Made by a program: the position numbers and the translations under genes. A stretch of 49,631 nt of DNA from a virus (lineage: Duplodnaviria > Caudoviricetes): positions 1-49,631 of the IMG/VR virus record IMGVR_UViG_3300023095_000002; one strand, 5' to 3'. Position 1 is the first letter of the stretch. Each line of letters begins with the position of its first letter. Shown in pieces: positions 35,033-45,248 of the stretch. A model generated the notes under the pieces. It was not told the DNA's origin. It searched no databases and worked only from the letters and a program-made list of their open reading frames with translations.

Positions 35033-38000
35033 TGGCCACATTCTCCCGCCCGCCTGCCAGTCGCTCCGTTGATCGTATGGCGCGGCTGCAGCGCGTCATG
35101 GAAATGCCTTTCGGCGGGGAGGGCTTGGGCGGTGAGCTGCGTAACGCTGTCGATCAGATCATCCCCGGCGCGCTGACCACGCCAGGGCTCGGCACCGTCG
35201 TTCGTGAGGCCAGCATCCCCGCTGGCAATACCGCGCCGAACATGGGCGGCGTCGTTCCCAATCCGGTCGATACGCTGGGCCGGCTGGCGCAAAACGTGGG
35301 TGGCATGATCCGCGGCGACGAAGCCCAGCCATCCATGAGCCAAGAGGATTACAAGGCGTCCCCCTACTTTCGAACTGAAATCCCGTTCGAAGAGGGCATG
35401 ACCGAGGATCGTGCGGCGGCGCTGTCCACGTTCTACGACAAGCGCAAGGTCGCTGAGTTCTTCGCGAGCAAGCGTCCGATCTCATCGTTCCTCGGCCAGT
35501 TCGCTGGCCAGGCGCTCGACCCTATCAACTATGTGCCGGTGTTTGGTCCCGGCGCACAGACAGCGGCCAAGGCTCGGCTCGGCACCATAGGCGGGCGGCT
35601 GCTGGTCGGCGCGTCCGATGCGGCAATCAACACGGCAGCGTTCAGCGTTTTGACCTCGGGGCTGCGCGAAGAGTTCGGCGATGATGTTTCATTCGGCGCC
35701 ATCGTCAATGAAGTGGCCATGTCGGCGCTGGTCGGCGGCGTGTTCTCTGGCATTTCGCCTGTCGTCAAAGCCGCATGGGGCGCAACGGCTGGCCGGGGCA
35801 AGGCGCAAGCGCTGGCCAAGGAAGCATCCCGCCTTGCCGATATCCGTTCCATGCAGGAAAGCCGGGCGGTGCTGGGCGAGGTCGCCGGCTCAATTGCCGA
35901 GACTGGCGACATTGCGCCGCTCACGCCCAATAGTCAGGCTGTCGTCGACCGGATCACAACGGAAGTTTCTAGCCGTGCGGCGGCAGCGCGGGCGCTGGAC
36001 GGGCAAACGGCCTCTGTCCGCACCGATGCCCCGGTCGCCATCACTCCCAGCGGCCAGCGCGTCAATGTGCAGCCGGAAGTGGTCGACGCTTCAACCCTCG
36101 TCCGCGCCTCTGGCGATCTGCAGGTTCGCAACCGATCGACGGCGGCCAGCTCGCGCCAGGTTGAGGATATCGCGATCAATCTCGACCCGGCCCGGCTCAT
36201 GCCTTCGGTCGATGCTGACAGCGGGGCGCCCATCGTCGGCCCAGACAATATCGTCGACAGCGGCAATGGTCGGGTCATGGCGATCAACCGGGCATATGAT
36301 GCCTATCCCGATCGGGCCAAGGCGTATCGGGACTCGCTGATTGCTGCTGGCTACAATCTCGACGGCATCGAACGCCCGGTGCTGATCAATCGGCGCACGA
36401 CGGATTTGACGCCAGAAGCGCGGGCGCTGTTCAATGCCGAGGCCAACGCGCCGCGCGCCGCGCAAATGTCGGCGGTCGAGCTGGCGTCTATGGATCGCAA
36501 TGCGCTCGACGGCTCGCTTGATATCCTCGACGCCTCGCCGCTGTCGTCTGCCGGCAACCGGGCGTTCACCTCGCGCTTTCTCTCCAACCTGCCAGTGTCG
36601 GCGCGCGGCGCACTAGTCGATGGAAACGGCAATCTTAATGCGGATGGCTTGCGCCGCGTCGAAAACGCCCTGGTCGCGCTGGCTTATGGTGACGTCGATG
36701 CCGGCGTGCTGCAGCGGTTCGCCGAATCCGTTGATGACAACACGCGATCGATCGTCGGCGCCATGTCCGACGTTGCCGGCCAGTGGGCTCGCATGCGCCA
36801 GGCCATCAAGCGCGGTGATATCTCCCCCGAATTCGACATGACGCCGGAGCTGACCGAAGCGCTGCGCCGCATCGGTGCTTGGCGCGAACAAGCCAAGGCT
36901 GAAAAGCGGCCAGTAGGCGTGGTGATCAAGGAAGGCATGGGCCAGCTCGATATGCTGTCGGGCGAAGTCTCGCCGGAAACGCAGGCCATGATCGCAGCGT
37001 TCTACAAGACCAACGCCTTTAACCAAGCGCAGGGCCGCGAGACAATCGCCACGTTGCTTGGCCGCATGGTCGAAGCCGCCGAAGAACTGGGCCGCCCGCA
37101 ACTGTTTGAAACCGCCGACGTCGGCAAACTGGAGATCATTCGCAATGCAGCAGTCAATGAACAAGGGAACCTCTTCACGCCTATCGGTGCTGTCGATGGC
37201 ATTGAAGCGGACGGCAGCCTCGACCGGGCAGCTTCGAATGCAGCGGATCGCCAAGACAATCGATCAGGAACTCCAGAAGCGGGATCAATCGCCGCCCGCA
37301 TGAAGGATCGGTTCTCGGCTGCTGGGCGTCCTGCCGATGAGGCGCGCGCCACGGCCGAGCTGGTAGATGCGTTCTATACCCAGCAAGCGGATCGTCTGGG
37401 CATATCGGTTGATGAGCTTGAGGCACGGTTCGGTTTGCCCGAAGTGCGGGGTGGCGGCGACGTTCCTGCGGCTGCACTAAACCAGCCCGCCTATCACGGC
37501 ACGCCGCACCTGTTCGAAAGCTTCTCGACTGAGAAGATCGGGACGGGTGAAGGCAATCAGGCTTACGGCTGGGGGCTGTATTTCGCGAGCAGCAAGGAGG
37601 TTTCGCAGTGGTATCGCGAGACTCTTGCAAAAACGATTGTGAAATTCGACGGAAAGGCTTTTGACGCGGAGGCGTCTATTGATGATTGGTCCCTTGAAAA
37701 TGGCGCCCTTTCTGAGATTGACGCATTTGGCGGCGATATAGACGTCGCGCTGGATAGTTTACGCCGCGATGCGGAATATAATTCCGGCACACCTCGCGGC
37801 GACAGGAAAGCGGGCGTTGCTGGCTGGATCGAAGCTAATCGAGGAAAAATCGAGGTTGTGAAACAAGGGCGTCTATTTGAGGTAGATGTTCCAGACGATG
37901 ATGACCTCCTGAACTGGGATGGGTCTTTGGGCGAGCAGCCTAAAAAGGTTCAAGCCATTCTTGCCGATTTTGGAATTGTTCCGCGCGGCGCGTCCGAGTG

Positions 38001-39255
38001 GAAAAACTTTGATGGTGAGGCCGATGCGCCGATCATTGTTGATCAGTATGGATCCGAAATTGTCGATAAGGGCGATAAGTTTTCTGTCTATGGGATGACT
38101 AGCGATAATCGCGCGGTTCATTTGGGCGATCCTAAGACACTCGATAAGGCAAAAAAACTTGTTGAGGATCAATATTCATTTGACCGGGGGATGACCGGCA
38201 AAAAGGCATATACCGCAATAGGGGACCGCTTACTCGCTGAGCGACCACAAGAGGAACGCGGGTGGAGTGTGGCTCGCGACCGATCGTATGCCGATCAGCT
38301 TGCGACGGAAGCTCTTCGCGCTGCCGGCATTCCCGGCCATCGCTACATTGGGCATGAAAGCAGTTCCAAGAACTACGTCGTTTATGACGATAAAAAGGTT
38401 CAGGTTCGCTCATTCGAGCAAGGCGGCGAAAACCCACGCGGCTCCATCGTCCTTGGCGACACCCCGATCATCAGCTTGTTCGAAACTGCCGACGCTTCGA
38501 CGGCCTTGCACGAAACCGGGCATATGTTCCTATCCATGCTCAAGGGTATGGGCGAGGCAGCAGACGCGCCGACCGATGTGCGGGCCGACTGGCTGGCTGT
38601 GCGGGCATGGTGGGAAACCAATGCCGATGCTGTCGCCTCCGATGCCAATGGTTCTGGTCGGGCTGCTGGCATAACCGCCGATGACGTGAAGGCTGCTATC
38701 AACGAAGGCACAAGCGGCGACGCGGCCAAGGATCGGGCAATCGACGTTGGCATGCAAGAGCAATGGGCGCGTGGGTTCGAAGCCTATGTGCGAGAAGGCA
38801 ATGCGCCATCGACTGCGCTGGCTCGGGCGTTCGATCAGTTCAAGCAATGGTTGACGGATATCTATCGCCGGGCAACCGACCTCAACGTCAACCTGTCGCC
38901 TGAAATTCGTCAGGTGTTTGACAACCTGCTTGCTCCACCACGCCAGCCTGACCTTGGGCTTGATGGTGCGCCGGCTCCCCGCGTTCGTTCGGACAAGTCG
39001 ACGATCAAGAACGATACGGTCGGCGAAGCTGCGGCGCGCGTCGGCAAGGATGAGAGCATTCGCGAACTGGCACTTGCTCATGGCGTCGATCCTGCGACGG
39101 GCGACTTTGCCGAGATGGCTGATGTTGCGCAGATCCGCGAGGAAGGTCGTTTGACCGAAGCCGATGAAGCGGAGTTGGATGCGGCCGATAAGGCGTTCGA
39201 TACTGCCGAGGCGTGGGGCCGTGCGCTAGACGCTGCTGTTTCGTGCATCCTGTGA
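35032..39255 (+). CDS. Large polyvalent ejection protein (ddrB-like ParB, ART-like and zincin domains)
   Basis: LQ.R.RS...IA..LDP.RL...GAPIVG.D..V.SGNGR; AYHGTPH.F..FS..KIGTGEG.QAYG.GLYF; ST.LHETGH...EQWARGFE.Y. Confidence 0.85.
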   Translation: MATFSRPPASRSVDRMARLQRVMEMPFGGEGLGGELRNAVDQIIPGALTTPGLGTVVREASIPAGNTAPNMGGVVPNPVDTLGRLAQNVGGMIRGDEAQPSMSQEDYKASPYFRTEIPFEEGMTEDRAAALSTFYDKRKVAEFFASKRPISSFLGQFAGQALDPINYVPVFGPGAQTAAKARLGTIGGRLLVGASDAAINTAAFSVLTSGLREEFGDDVSFGAIVNEVAMSALVGGVFSGISPVVKAAWGATAGRGKAQALAKEASRLADIRSMQESRAVLGEVAGSIAETGDIAPLTPNSQAVVDRITTEVSSRAAAARALDGQTASVRTDAPVAITPSGQRVNVQPEVVDASTLVRASGDLQVRNRSTAASSRQVEDIAINLDPARLMPSVDADSGAPIVGPDNIVDSGNGRVMAINRAYDAYPDRAKAYRDSLIAAGYNLDGIERPVLINRRTTDLTPEARALFNAEANAPRAAQMSAVELASMDRNALDGSLDILDASPLSSAGNRAFTSRFLSNLPVSARGALVDGNGNLNADGLRRVENALVALAYGDVDAGVLQRFAESVDDNTRSIVGAMSDVAGQWARMRQAIKRGDISPEFDMTPELTEALRRIGAWREQAKAEKRPVGVVIKEGMGQLDMLSGEVSPETQAMIAAFYKTNAFNQAQGRETIATLLGRMVEAAEELGRPQLFETADVGKLEIIRNAAVNEQGNLFTPIGAVDGIEADGSLDRAASNAADRQDNRSGTPEAGSIAARMKDRFSAAGRPADEARATAELVDAFYTQQADRLGISVDELEARFGLPEVRGGGDVPAAALNQPAYHGTPHLFESFSTEKIGTGEGNQAYGWGLYFASSKEVSQWYRETLAKTIVKFDGKAFDAEASIDDWSLENGALSEIDAFGGDIDVALDSLRRDAEYNSGTPRGDRKAGVAGWIEANRGKIEVVKQGRLFEVDVPDDDDLLNWDGSLGEQPKKVQAILADFGIVPRGASEWKNFDGEADAPIIVDQYGSEIVDKGDKFSVYGMTSDNRAVHLGDPKTLDKAKKLVEDQYSFDRGMTGKKAYTAIGDRLLAERPQEERGWSVARDRSYADQLATEALRAAGIPGHRYIGHESSSKNYVVYDDKKVQVRSFEQGGENPRGSIVLGDTPIISLFETADASTALHETGHMFLSMLKGMGEAADAPTDVRADWLAVRAWWETNADAVASDANGSGRAAGITADDVKAAINEGTSGDAAKDRAIDVGMQEQWARGFEAYVREGNAPSTALARAFDQFKQWLTDIYRRATDLNVNLSPEIRQVFDNLLAPPRQPDLGLDGAPAPRVRSDKSTIKNDTVGEAAARVGKDESIRELALAHGVDPATGDFAEMADVAQIREEGRLTEADEAELDAADKAFDTAEAWGRALDAAVSCIL

Positions 39256-39294
39256 TCGTGCTAATCCTCGGCAACACCTGCCGGGGATTATTCT

Positions 39295-41961
39295 ATGAAC
39301 TACGTGCCAGATGCCGCTTGTATGGCCGCCGCCCGCGCCGCTGCTGGTGAGGGCAAGCTAACCGAAGCCGAGATCACGGCGGCATTCCAAGACGTGGCAG
39401 ACTATCGGGACCGGCTGGTTGCCGAGGGCAAGACAACTGGCATGGCAGAGCGTTTGAGGCGCTATGCCGAGGGCAAGGCCGAACGCACTCGGATTGCAGC
39501 GGCCATGCAGCGGCGACATGCTTCGATCAGTGCCATCATCCGTGACAAACTTTCAGAACACGTCGACAACATGCTCGACGCGGGCATTCATCCCAAGAAA
39601 GCCATGCTCGCCGTTCTCGAGGGAACGCAGATCGCCGTCAAGAACGGGCGTAAGTCTGTAGCCGCGACGCGCCAGGCATATGAGGCGCGCTATCTGGGCT
39701 CGCTGCTGGCGGCGCTGGACCGTGACGTTCCGCACGCTGTCGCCCTGCTGCGCGATGCAAAGCTCGATGCGGACATCATGCGCGAAATGATGCAGCTCGG
39801 GCCGGATGGGAAACCGGGCATCACCAAGAACAGCGATGCACAGAAAGTCGCCAAGATATTCTCCGACCATGCGGAGCTATCGCGCGGCGATCTCAACAAG
39901 CTGGGCGCCTCAATCGGTAAGCTTGTGGGCTGGGCCGGCCCACAAACCCACGATGATCTGAAAATGATCCAAGCCGGCAAGGATGCGTGGATCGGGTCTA
40001 TCGTTACCAAACTCGATCTGGAGCGCACGTTCTCGGAAGGCTATGAGCCCGGACAGGTCGCGGACATGCTGGGCGATATCTACGACACCATCATCACCGG
40101 CTTTCCCAACAAGGCCAATCCAGCCAGCAAGGGGCAGCGGGTCAACCCGGCCAATCTGGCGAAGTCGCTTGGTGCGTCGCGCGTCCTGCACTTCAAGGGA
40201 CCAGAAGAGGCGCTGGCGTATCGCGAGCAGTTTGGCTTCGGCAATACCGTCACCGGCATGATCGGGCATTTGCGCAAGTCCGCGCAGGTGGCGGCCAACA
40301 TGGAAGTGCTGGGGCCAAACCCGCAAATCATGTTCGACGGGCTTGCCGATACACTCAAGCGCCGGATCAAGGCCGACACGAAACTGACCGATACGCAGAA
40401 GGCAAAGCAGATCGCGTCCCTCGATACGCAGGCGAGCGGGCTGCGAACGGCCATGGATATTGCGAGCGGGCTGTCGAGCCGGCCGGAGAATGTGACCTTC
40501 GCCAAGATCGGTGCCGACATTCGCGCGGTCGCTTCCATGTCCAAGCTGGGCGGCGCGGTCATTACCTCGATCCCATCTGATACGATCTCGGTTGCGGCTG
40601 CTGCATCGTTCCGCGGCAATAACGTTCTCACTGCGACGTTCAACCAACTGGCCGGGATTATGGAAGGGCGACCCAAAGGCGAGAAGGCGCAAATCTCGTA
40701 CCTGCTGGGCGAAGGGTTCGACTCCATCCTCGGGTATATCAGCAACCCGCAAGCGGCGAACGATGGTCCGGTCGGGGTCATGGCGAGCTGGCAGCAATCG
40801 TTCTTCAAGTGGAATGGGTTGGCCTGGTGGACCGACGTTTCGCGTTCTGTGGCCGGGCGCACTGTGGCGGCCGAGCTGGGTTCTCATGCGACGAAGGCAT
40901 GGGGGAAAGTGCCGGAACGCTATCGGGAATTGCTCGGGCGCCACGGCATAACCGAAACTCATTGGGATGCAATTCGCCAGTCCAAGATGCGGAACGCCAA
41001 TGGCCGGGACTACATCACACCCGACCGTGTTGCTGCCCTCCCCGATTCCGCAATCGAACCTCTGGTTCAAAAGCGCATTGATGCTGCTCGCAAAGCCTCA
41101 AAGGTCGATGAGGCCAAGACGGCAACGCAGCAGGCAGAACGCCAAGCCGACTTCGATGCGCGCAAGGCTTCGATCATGGAAGATGGGCGCCGCGATTTGC
41201 AGCTCTCAGTGCTTCGTTTCGTGGCTGACGAAACCAGCTATGGCGTTGTGGAAACTGACGCCAAAACGCAGCGCTATATGATGCTCAACAAGACGCTCCG
41301 GCCCGGGTCACCCTCGGGCGAGGTGATCAAATTTATCGGGCAATTCAAAAGTTTTCCGGTGGCATTTACCGAGCGCGTTCTAGGGCGGGCGATCATTGGT
41401 CAGCGCAAGGGTGCAGGCATCGTTGAGCAGGGCGCCCATATCGGCACGCTGCTCGCCGGTATGACGATCGCTGGCTATATGGCGATGGTGGCCAAAGACA
41501 TGATCAAGGGGAACTGGCCGCCGCGCGATCCTGCAGACTGGCGCACTTGGCTCGCGGCATTTCAGCAGGGCGGTGCGGCCGGCATTTATTCCGACTTCCT
41601 GTTCTCCAAGACAAACCGTTTCGGTGGCGGCTTGGCTGAAACCGCCATCGGGCCAACTATCGGAACGGGATTTGATCTTGCCGACATCGCAATGGACGTT
41701 CGAGATTCTGCTATGAGTGGCGGGGAAGATACATTCGGCACGGCCAAGGCTTTTTCGACAGGCGTTCAAATGGTGCCATTTGGGAACATCTATTTCGTAA
41801 AGCCAGCTCTCGATTATCTGATCCTAACGTCGCTTCGGGAGGCGTTGTCGCCAGGGTATTTGCGAAAGCAGGACAAATCCCGAATGACCGAATACAAGCA
41901 AACCCGCATGGAACCGTTCGGTGCGCCGCGCGACCCGATGGATTTAACGAGCGCATTCTAG
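39295..41961 (+). CDS. Large ejection/internal virion protein (gp16-like)
   Basis: 888 aa helical; PQ.HD, R.LHFK, QFKSFP, GG..GIY.DFLF. Confidence 0.8.
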   Translation: MNYVPDAACMAAARAAAGEGKLTEAEITAAFQDVADYRDRLVAEGKTTGMAERLRRYAEGKAERTRIAAAMQRRHASISAIIRDKLSEHVDNMLDAGIHPKKAMLAVLEGTQIAVKNGRKSVAATRQAYEARYLGSLLAALDRDVPHAVALLRDAKLDADIMREMMQLGPDGKPGITKNSDAQKVAKIFSDHAELSRGDLNKLGASIGKLVGWAGPQTHDDLKMIQAGKDAWIGSIVTKLDLERTFSEGYEPGQVADMLGDIYDTIITGFPNKANPASKGQRVNPANLAKSLGASRVLHFKGPEEALAYREQFGFGNTVTGMIGHLRKSAQVAANMEVLGPNPQIMFDGLADTLKRRIKADTKLTDTQKAKQIASLDTQASGLRTAMDIASGLSSRPENVTFAKIGADIRAVASMSKLGGAVITSIPSDTISVAAAASFRGNNVLTATFNQLAGIMEGRPKGEKAQISYLLGEGFDSILGYISNPQAANDGPVGVMASWQQSFFKWNGLAWWTDVSRSVAGRTVAAELGSHATKAWGKVPERYRELLGRHGITETHWDAIRQSKMRNANGRDYITPDRVAALPDSAIEPLVQKRIDAARKASKVDEAKTATQQAERQADFDARKASIMEDGRRDLQLSVLRFVADETSYGVVETDAKTQRYMMLNKTLRPGSPSGEVIKFIGQFKSFPVAFTERVLGRAIIGQRKGAGIVEQGAHIGTLLAGMTIAGYMAMVAKDMIKGNWPPRDPADWRTWLAAFQQGGAAGIYSDFLFSKTNRFGGGLAETAIGPTIGTGFDLADIAMDVRDSAMSGGEDTFGTAKAFSTGVQMVPFGNIYFVKPALDYLILTSLREALSPGYLRKQDKSRMTEYKQTRMEPFGAPRDPMDLTSAF

Positions 41962-41970
41962 GAGCGACCC

Positions 41971-44211
41971 ATGGCTTGGCTTACACGCGCGCAAGCGGCG
42001 GCAATGTCCGAAGAAGAGCGGATCGATTATCTCACGAAAACAGTGATCGGTGAAGCAGTCGGCGAAGGCGAAATCGGCATGGCCGTTGTTGCCCAGGTCA
42101 TTGCCAATCGATCGGGCGACGCGCGCTGGCCATCGGATCCCGTCGCTGTCGCCGGCCAGAAATTTCAGTTCTCGACGAACAACCCGTTCGGTTATGAGGG
42201 CGGCAACGAAGATATGGTTCGGAAATATGGGCCGAACACGATCCAATATCAGCAGGCGCGGGCCGCGGTGCAGGCGGCGATCATTGACAAGTCGCTGCCC
42301 GACATCACCGGCAATGCCAAATATTACCACACCTCGGCGATGGGCTATCCGTCTAGCTGGGGCTCGTCGATCAAGAAGAACGGCTGGGTCGATGTCGGCG
42401 GCCATCGTCTCTATCCCGACCGGCCCGTTGCCGTTGGCGAGATCCCTGCCAACATCGCAAAGGTGCAGCAGTTTGGCGTCGGCACCATGCTCTCGGTTCA
42501 GCAAGCCGCGCTCGCGCCGATCCGCCCGGCCAAGCTTTCGGCCAGCCTGACACTCCAGCGCGAAGTCAATCGCGTGGCCGGCCAGCGCGCCAATGCCAAG
42601 ACGACAATCCGCACGGCCCGGGCTCTGGCTTTCTCGGCTGTGGCTGATCCGTTCGATATGGCGCGGCCGGCGCGCGGGTCCGATCCGATCATCAACCGGC
42701 CTCAACCGGCCATGCGATCAAGCATGCAGTCGCGATTGAAGGCGACGGGCACACCGACGACAACCGAGCGCACGTTTGCCCAGATGAACCGGGATGCGTC
42801 GATGGATGGTGACGGCACTCTGCGCGTCAGCACTGCGGCGCTGCGCACAAAAGCCCCTCCTGTCGCTGCGGCGCCTTGGGGCGTGCGCGAAACCGTCGCC
42901 GCTGCGGTGGCTGCTGCCGATGCCGAGGCTGGTCGTGGGCAACTGGTGATGGATGGCAACCCCAATGCGGCGCGCTCGGTTGTGTCCTGGCTCTATCCCG
43001 CAATCAAAGAAGGCGAGGGCGAAGGCAATCAGGTCGGCAAGGGTCCGCGCGCTGTCGCCGCCAAGCAGGCTCAATCCGCTGGTGCCAATCGTCAAGCACA
43101 AGCCGACGAGCAACGTGATCAGCCTCGCGTCGTAGTTCAGAACGGGCGCGCTCGCGTCGTCACCGAGGCAGCGACATTGCAGGATGCGATCATTCGGGAA
43201 TCGATGGACAAGGCGAACGCTGCCGAGTCATCGCCTGGCGCTGCTGCGCTGGCCACACAGATTGCAGCGCGGCGCGTTGCCGCTAATACGCGAACGATTC
43301 GGACTGCCAATCAAGCGGCTGCGCCTGTCGCGCGCCCGGCCATGACGGCTGCGGCCCAGCGCGTGGCGGCTGACACCCGCACCATGCGCGAAGCCAACCA
43401 GAACGCCAAGCCCGCTGTCGCGTCGGCGGTAACTGCGGCCAGCACCAAGACTGCCGCCGATGTCAGAACGCTGCAAGCGGCCAACCAAGCGGCCAGCGCC
43501 AAGGCGGCAACACCAACGGCGGCCCGGTCCACGCCGGTCAATGAAGCGCGCCTGCCAACGGGCTCGGCGGTCATCACACCGATGGCCACACCCGCCGCCC
43601 GGCCAGCGTCAAGGGCGGCGCCTACCCAGCTTCCGGCTATACGTTCAGCGCAAACCGATCCAATCGGCTCCATGCCTCGCCTTGGCGATTTGGCAGCGCT
43701 ACGATCTGATCCGCTGCAGCCAACGGCCAGGACGGCAATCACCACGACGGCCAAGCCCGTCACGCCGAAGCCCGCCGCCCAGGCCGTTCCTGCGCCTGCT
43801 GTCCGGCCCGCCGCGCCGGCTGCGCCCAAGGTTTCCGCCGCTGTCGTTAAGCCCACGACGGTTGCGCCGGTCACTGGCCGTCCTGTTGTGGTGCGCCCGC
43901 CTGCCGCTGCCGTGGTCAAGCCTGCCGCGCCCGCGCGCAAGCCGCTCGAGATTGTCGTCTCCGGGTCCAATACTGTGCAGCCCATGTCGGCGGTCGATCG
44001 CCTGCGGGCGCAAGGTCTGTCGCCGTCCGAGGCTTACACCGAAGCCAACTCGCAGGCGCGCAAGCGGGCCGAGTCCAATTCGACATCGGGCGTCTCGACC
44101 AGTGGGCGGCGGTACGATGCGGGCACCAACACATGGTCGGATGGAAGCGGGCGCAAAACGTCCAGTTCCAAGAGCGGCGGGGGCGGCGCGCCGGATTCGC
44201 TGTCATCGTAG
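41971..44211 (+). CDS. Hydrolase_2 (SleB-like) cell wall hydrolase with long Ala/Pro-rich tail
   Basis: L.KT..GEA.GEG..GM..VA.VI.NR...QFS..N...D.T.NA.YYH...VGGH.LY; about 590 aa low-complexity C-region. Confidence 0.85.
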   Translation: MAWLTRAQAAAMSEEERIDYLTKTVIGEAVGEGEIGMAVVAQVIANRSGDARWPSDPVAVAGQKFQFSTNNPFGYEGGNEDMVRKYGPNTIQYQQARAAVQAAIIDKSLPDITGNAKYYHTSAMGYPSSWGSSIKKNGWVDVGGHRLYPDRPVAVGEIPANIAKVQQFGVGTMLSVQQAALAPIRPAKLSASLTLQREVNRVAGQRANAKTTIRTARALAFSAVADPFDMARPARGSDPIINRPQPAMRSSMQSRLKATGTPTTTERTFAQMNRDASMDGDGTLRVSTAALRTKAPPVAAAPWGVRETVAAAVAAADAEAGRGQLVMDGNPNAARSVVSWLYPAIKEGEGEGNQVGKGPRAVAAKQAQSAGANRQAQADEQRDQPRVVVQNGRARVVTEAATLQDAIIRESMDKANAAESSPGAAALATQIAARRVAANTRTIRTANQAAAPVARPAMTAAAQRVAADTRTMREANQNAKPAVASAVTAASTKTAADVRTLQAANQAASAKAATPTAARSTPVNEARLPTGSAVITPMATPAARPASRAAPTQLPAIRSAQTDPIGSMPRLGDLAALRSDPLQPTARTAITTTAKPVTPKPAAQAVPAPAVRPAAPAAPKVSAAVVKPTTVAPVTGRPVVVRPPAAAVVKPAAPARKPLEIVVSGSNTVQPMSAVDRLRAQGLSPSEAYTEANSQARKRAESNSTSGVSTSGRRYDAGTNTWSDGSGRKTSSSKSGGGGAPDSLSS

Positions 44212-44267
44212 CCAGCGCCTCGGTTCTCTATTAAAGGTGGGGATGAAACGAAGCCGGGAGAGGCCCG

Positions 44268-45248
44268 ATGCAAATCACCACAGACGTGCTTTCGAAGATC
44301 ACCGGCAAGCCCGGCAATGCAAACATGCGCTCGGTCGCGGTCGCTCTTGAAGCCTATGGCCGATCGCAGGGCTTGGATAAGCCGCACCGGCTGGCCCACT
44401 ACATTTCCCAGCTCGCGCATGAAAGCGGCGCGTTCCGCTACGACAAGGAAGTGTGGGGGCCAACTGCTGCACAGTCGCGATATGACACTCGCGTCGACCT
44501 GGGCAACTCGCCGGCTGTCGATGGTGACGGCAAGCTCTATGCTGGCCGCGGGCCAATCCAGATCACCGGCAAATCGAACTATGGTCAGTTCCGGGACTGG
44601 TGCCGCAAGCAGGGTATGAGCTGCCCTGATTTCGTCCTATCGCCCGAAGCGGTCAACACCGACCCATGGGAAGGCTTGGTCCCGATCTGGTACTGGTCGA
44701 CGCGCAACCTCAATCGCTACGCCGACACCAATGACATCGAACAGATCACCAAGAAGATCAACGGGGGTCTGAACGGGTTTCCCGATCGCATCGACTGGTA
44801 CGTCAAGGCAGCGCTGGTGCTGGCTGGGTACAAGCCCGACAGCGTGAAGTCATTTCAGATCGCCGCCCAACGCGCGGGCTTGTTGCCTGCCGGCGAGGAT
44901 CAGATCGACGGCGATCCCGGTCCCAAGACGCGCGCCGCGCTGCACATGACGCTGGCAAAGTCAGCGCCCGCCTCGGTAGCCGTTGCCGTCAAAGCATCCC
45001 CCGTCACCGAAGAAACCGAAGTCGTCGTCGCCCCGCAAGGCGCGGACAAAACCTTGATGAGCCGTGTATCTGCCGTGGCCGCTATTGCCGCACCGACATC
45101 GGGTTTTGTCTTGGACTTCGACCAGACTGGCCGGCTGATCATGCTGGGCATTGGAATCGTGGCCGTCATCGTCATGCTGTGGAAAGGCGAGCTTATCGCC
45201 GCCCGCGTCCGCTCCGTCATCGACAGCTTTGATGGTGACAAGAAATGA
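44268..45248 (+). CDS. GH19 endolysin with PG-binding motif and C-terminal hydrophobic helices
   Basis: AHYISQLAHES, DG..Y.GRG.IQITG..NY, ITKKINGG.NG..DR; FQ...GL..DGDPGPKT. Confidence 0.92.
   Translation: MQITTDVLSKITGKPGNANMRSVAVALEAYGRSQGLDKPHRLAHYISQLAHESGAFRYDKEVWGPTAAQSRYDTRVDLGNSPAVDGDGKLYAGRGPIQITGKSNYGQFRDWCRKQGMSCPDFVLSPEAVNTDPWEGLVPIWYWSTRNLNRYADTNDIEQITKKINGGLNGFPDRIDWYVKAALVLAGYKPDSVKSFQIAAQRAGLLPAGEDQIDGDPGPKTRAALHMTLAKSAPASVAVAVKASPVTEETEVVVAPQGADKTLMSRVSAVAAIAAPTSGFVLDFDQTGRLIMLGIGIVAVIVMLWKGELIAARVRSVIDSFDGDKK

Noticed and set aside
36040-36870. ParB-like domain as evidence of a plasmid-prophage partition system
   Set aside because: It is embedded in an ejection protein, and no ParA or parS-like array is visible
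32240-41070. Long antisense ORFs (e.g. 32240..33469, 39910..41070; also 23617..24447, 26327..27142)
   Set aside because: Shadow frames of GC-rich, codon-biased plus-strand genes; no RBS or motifs
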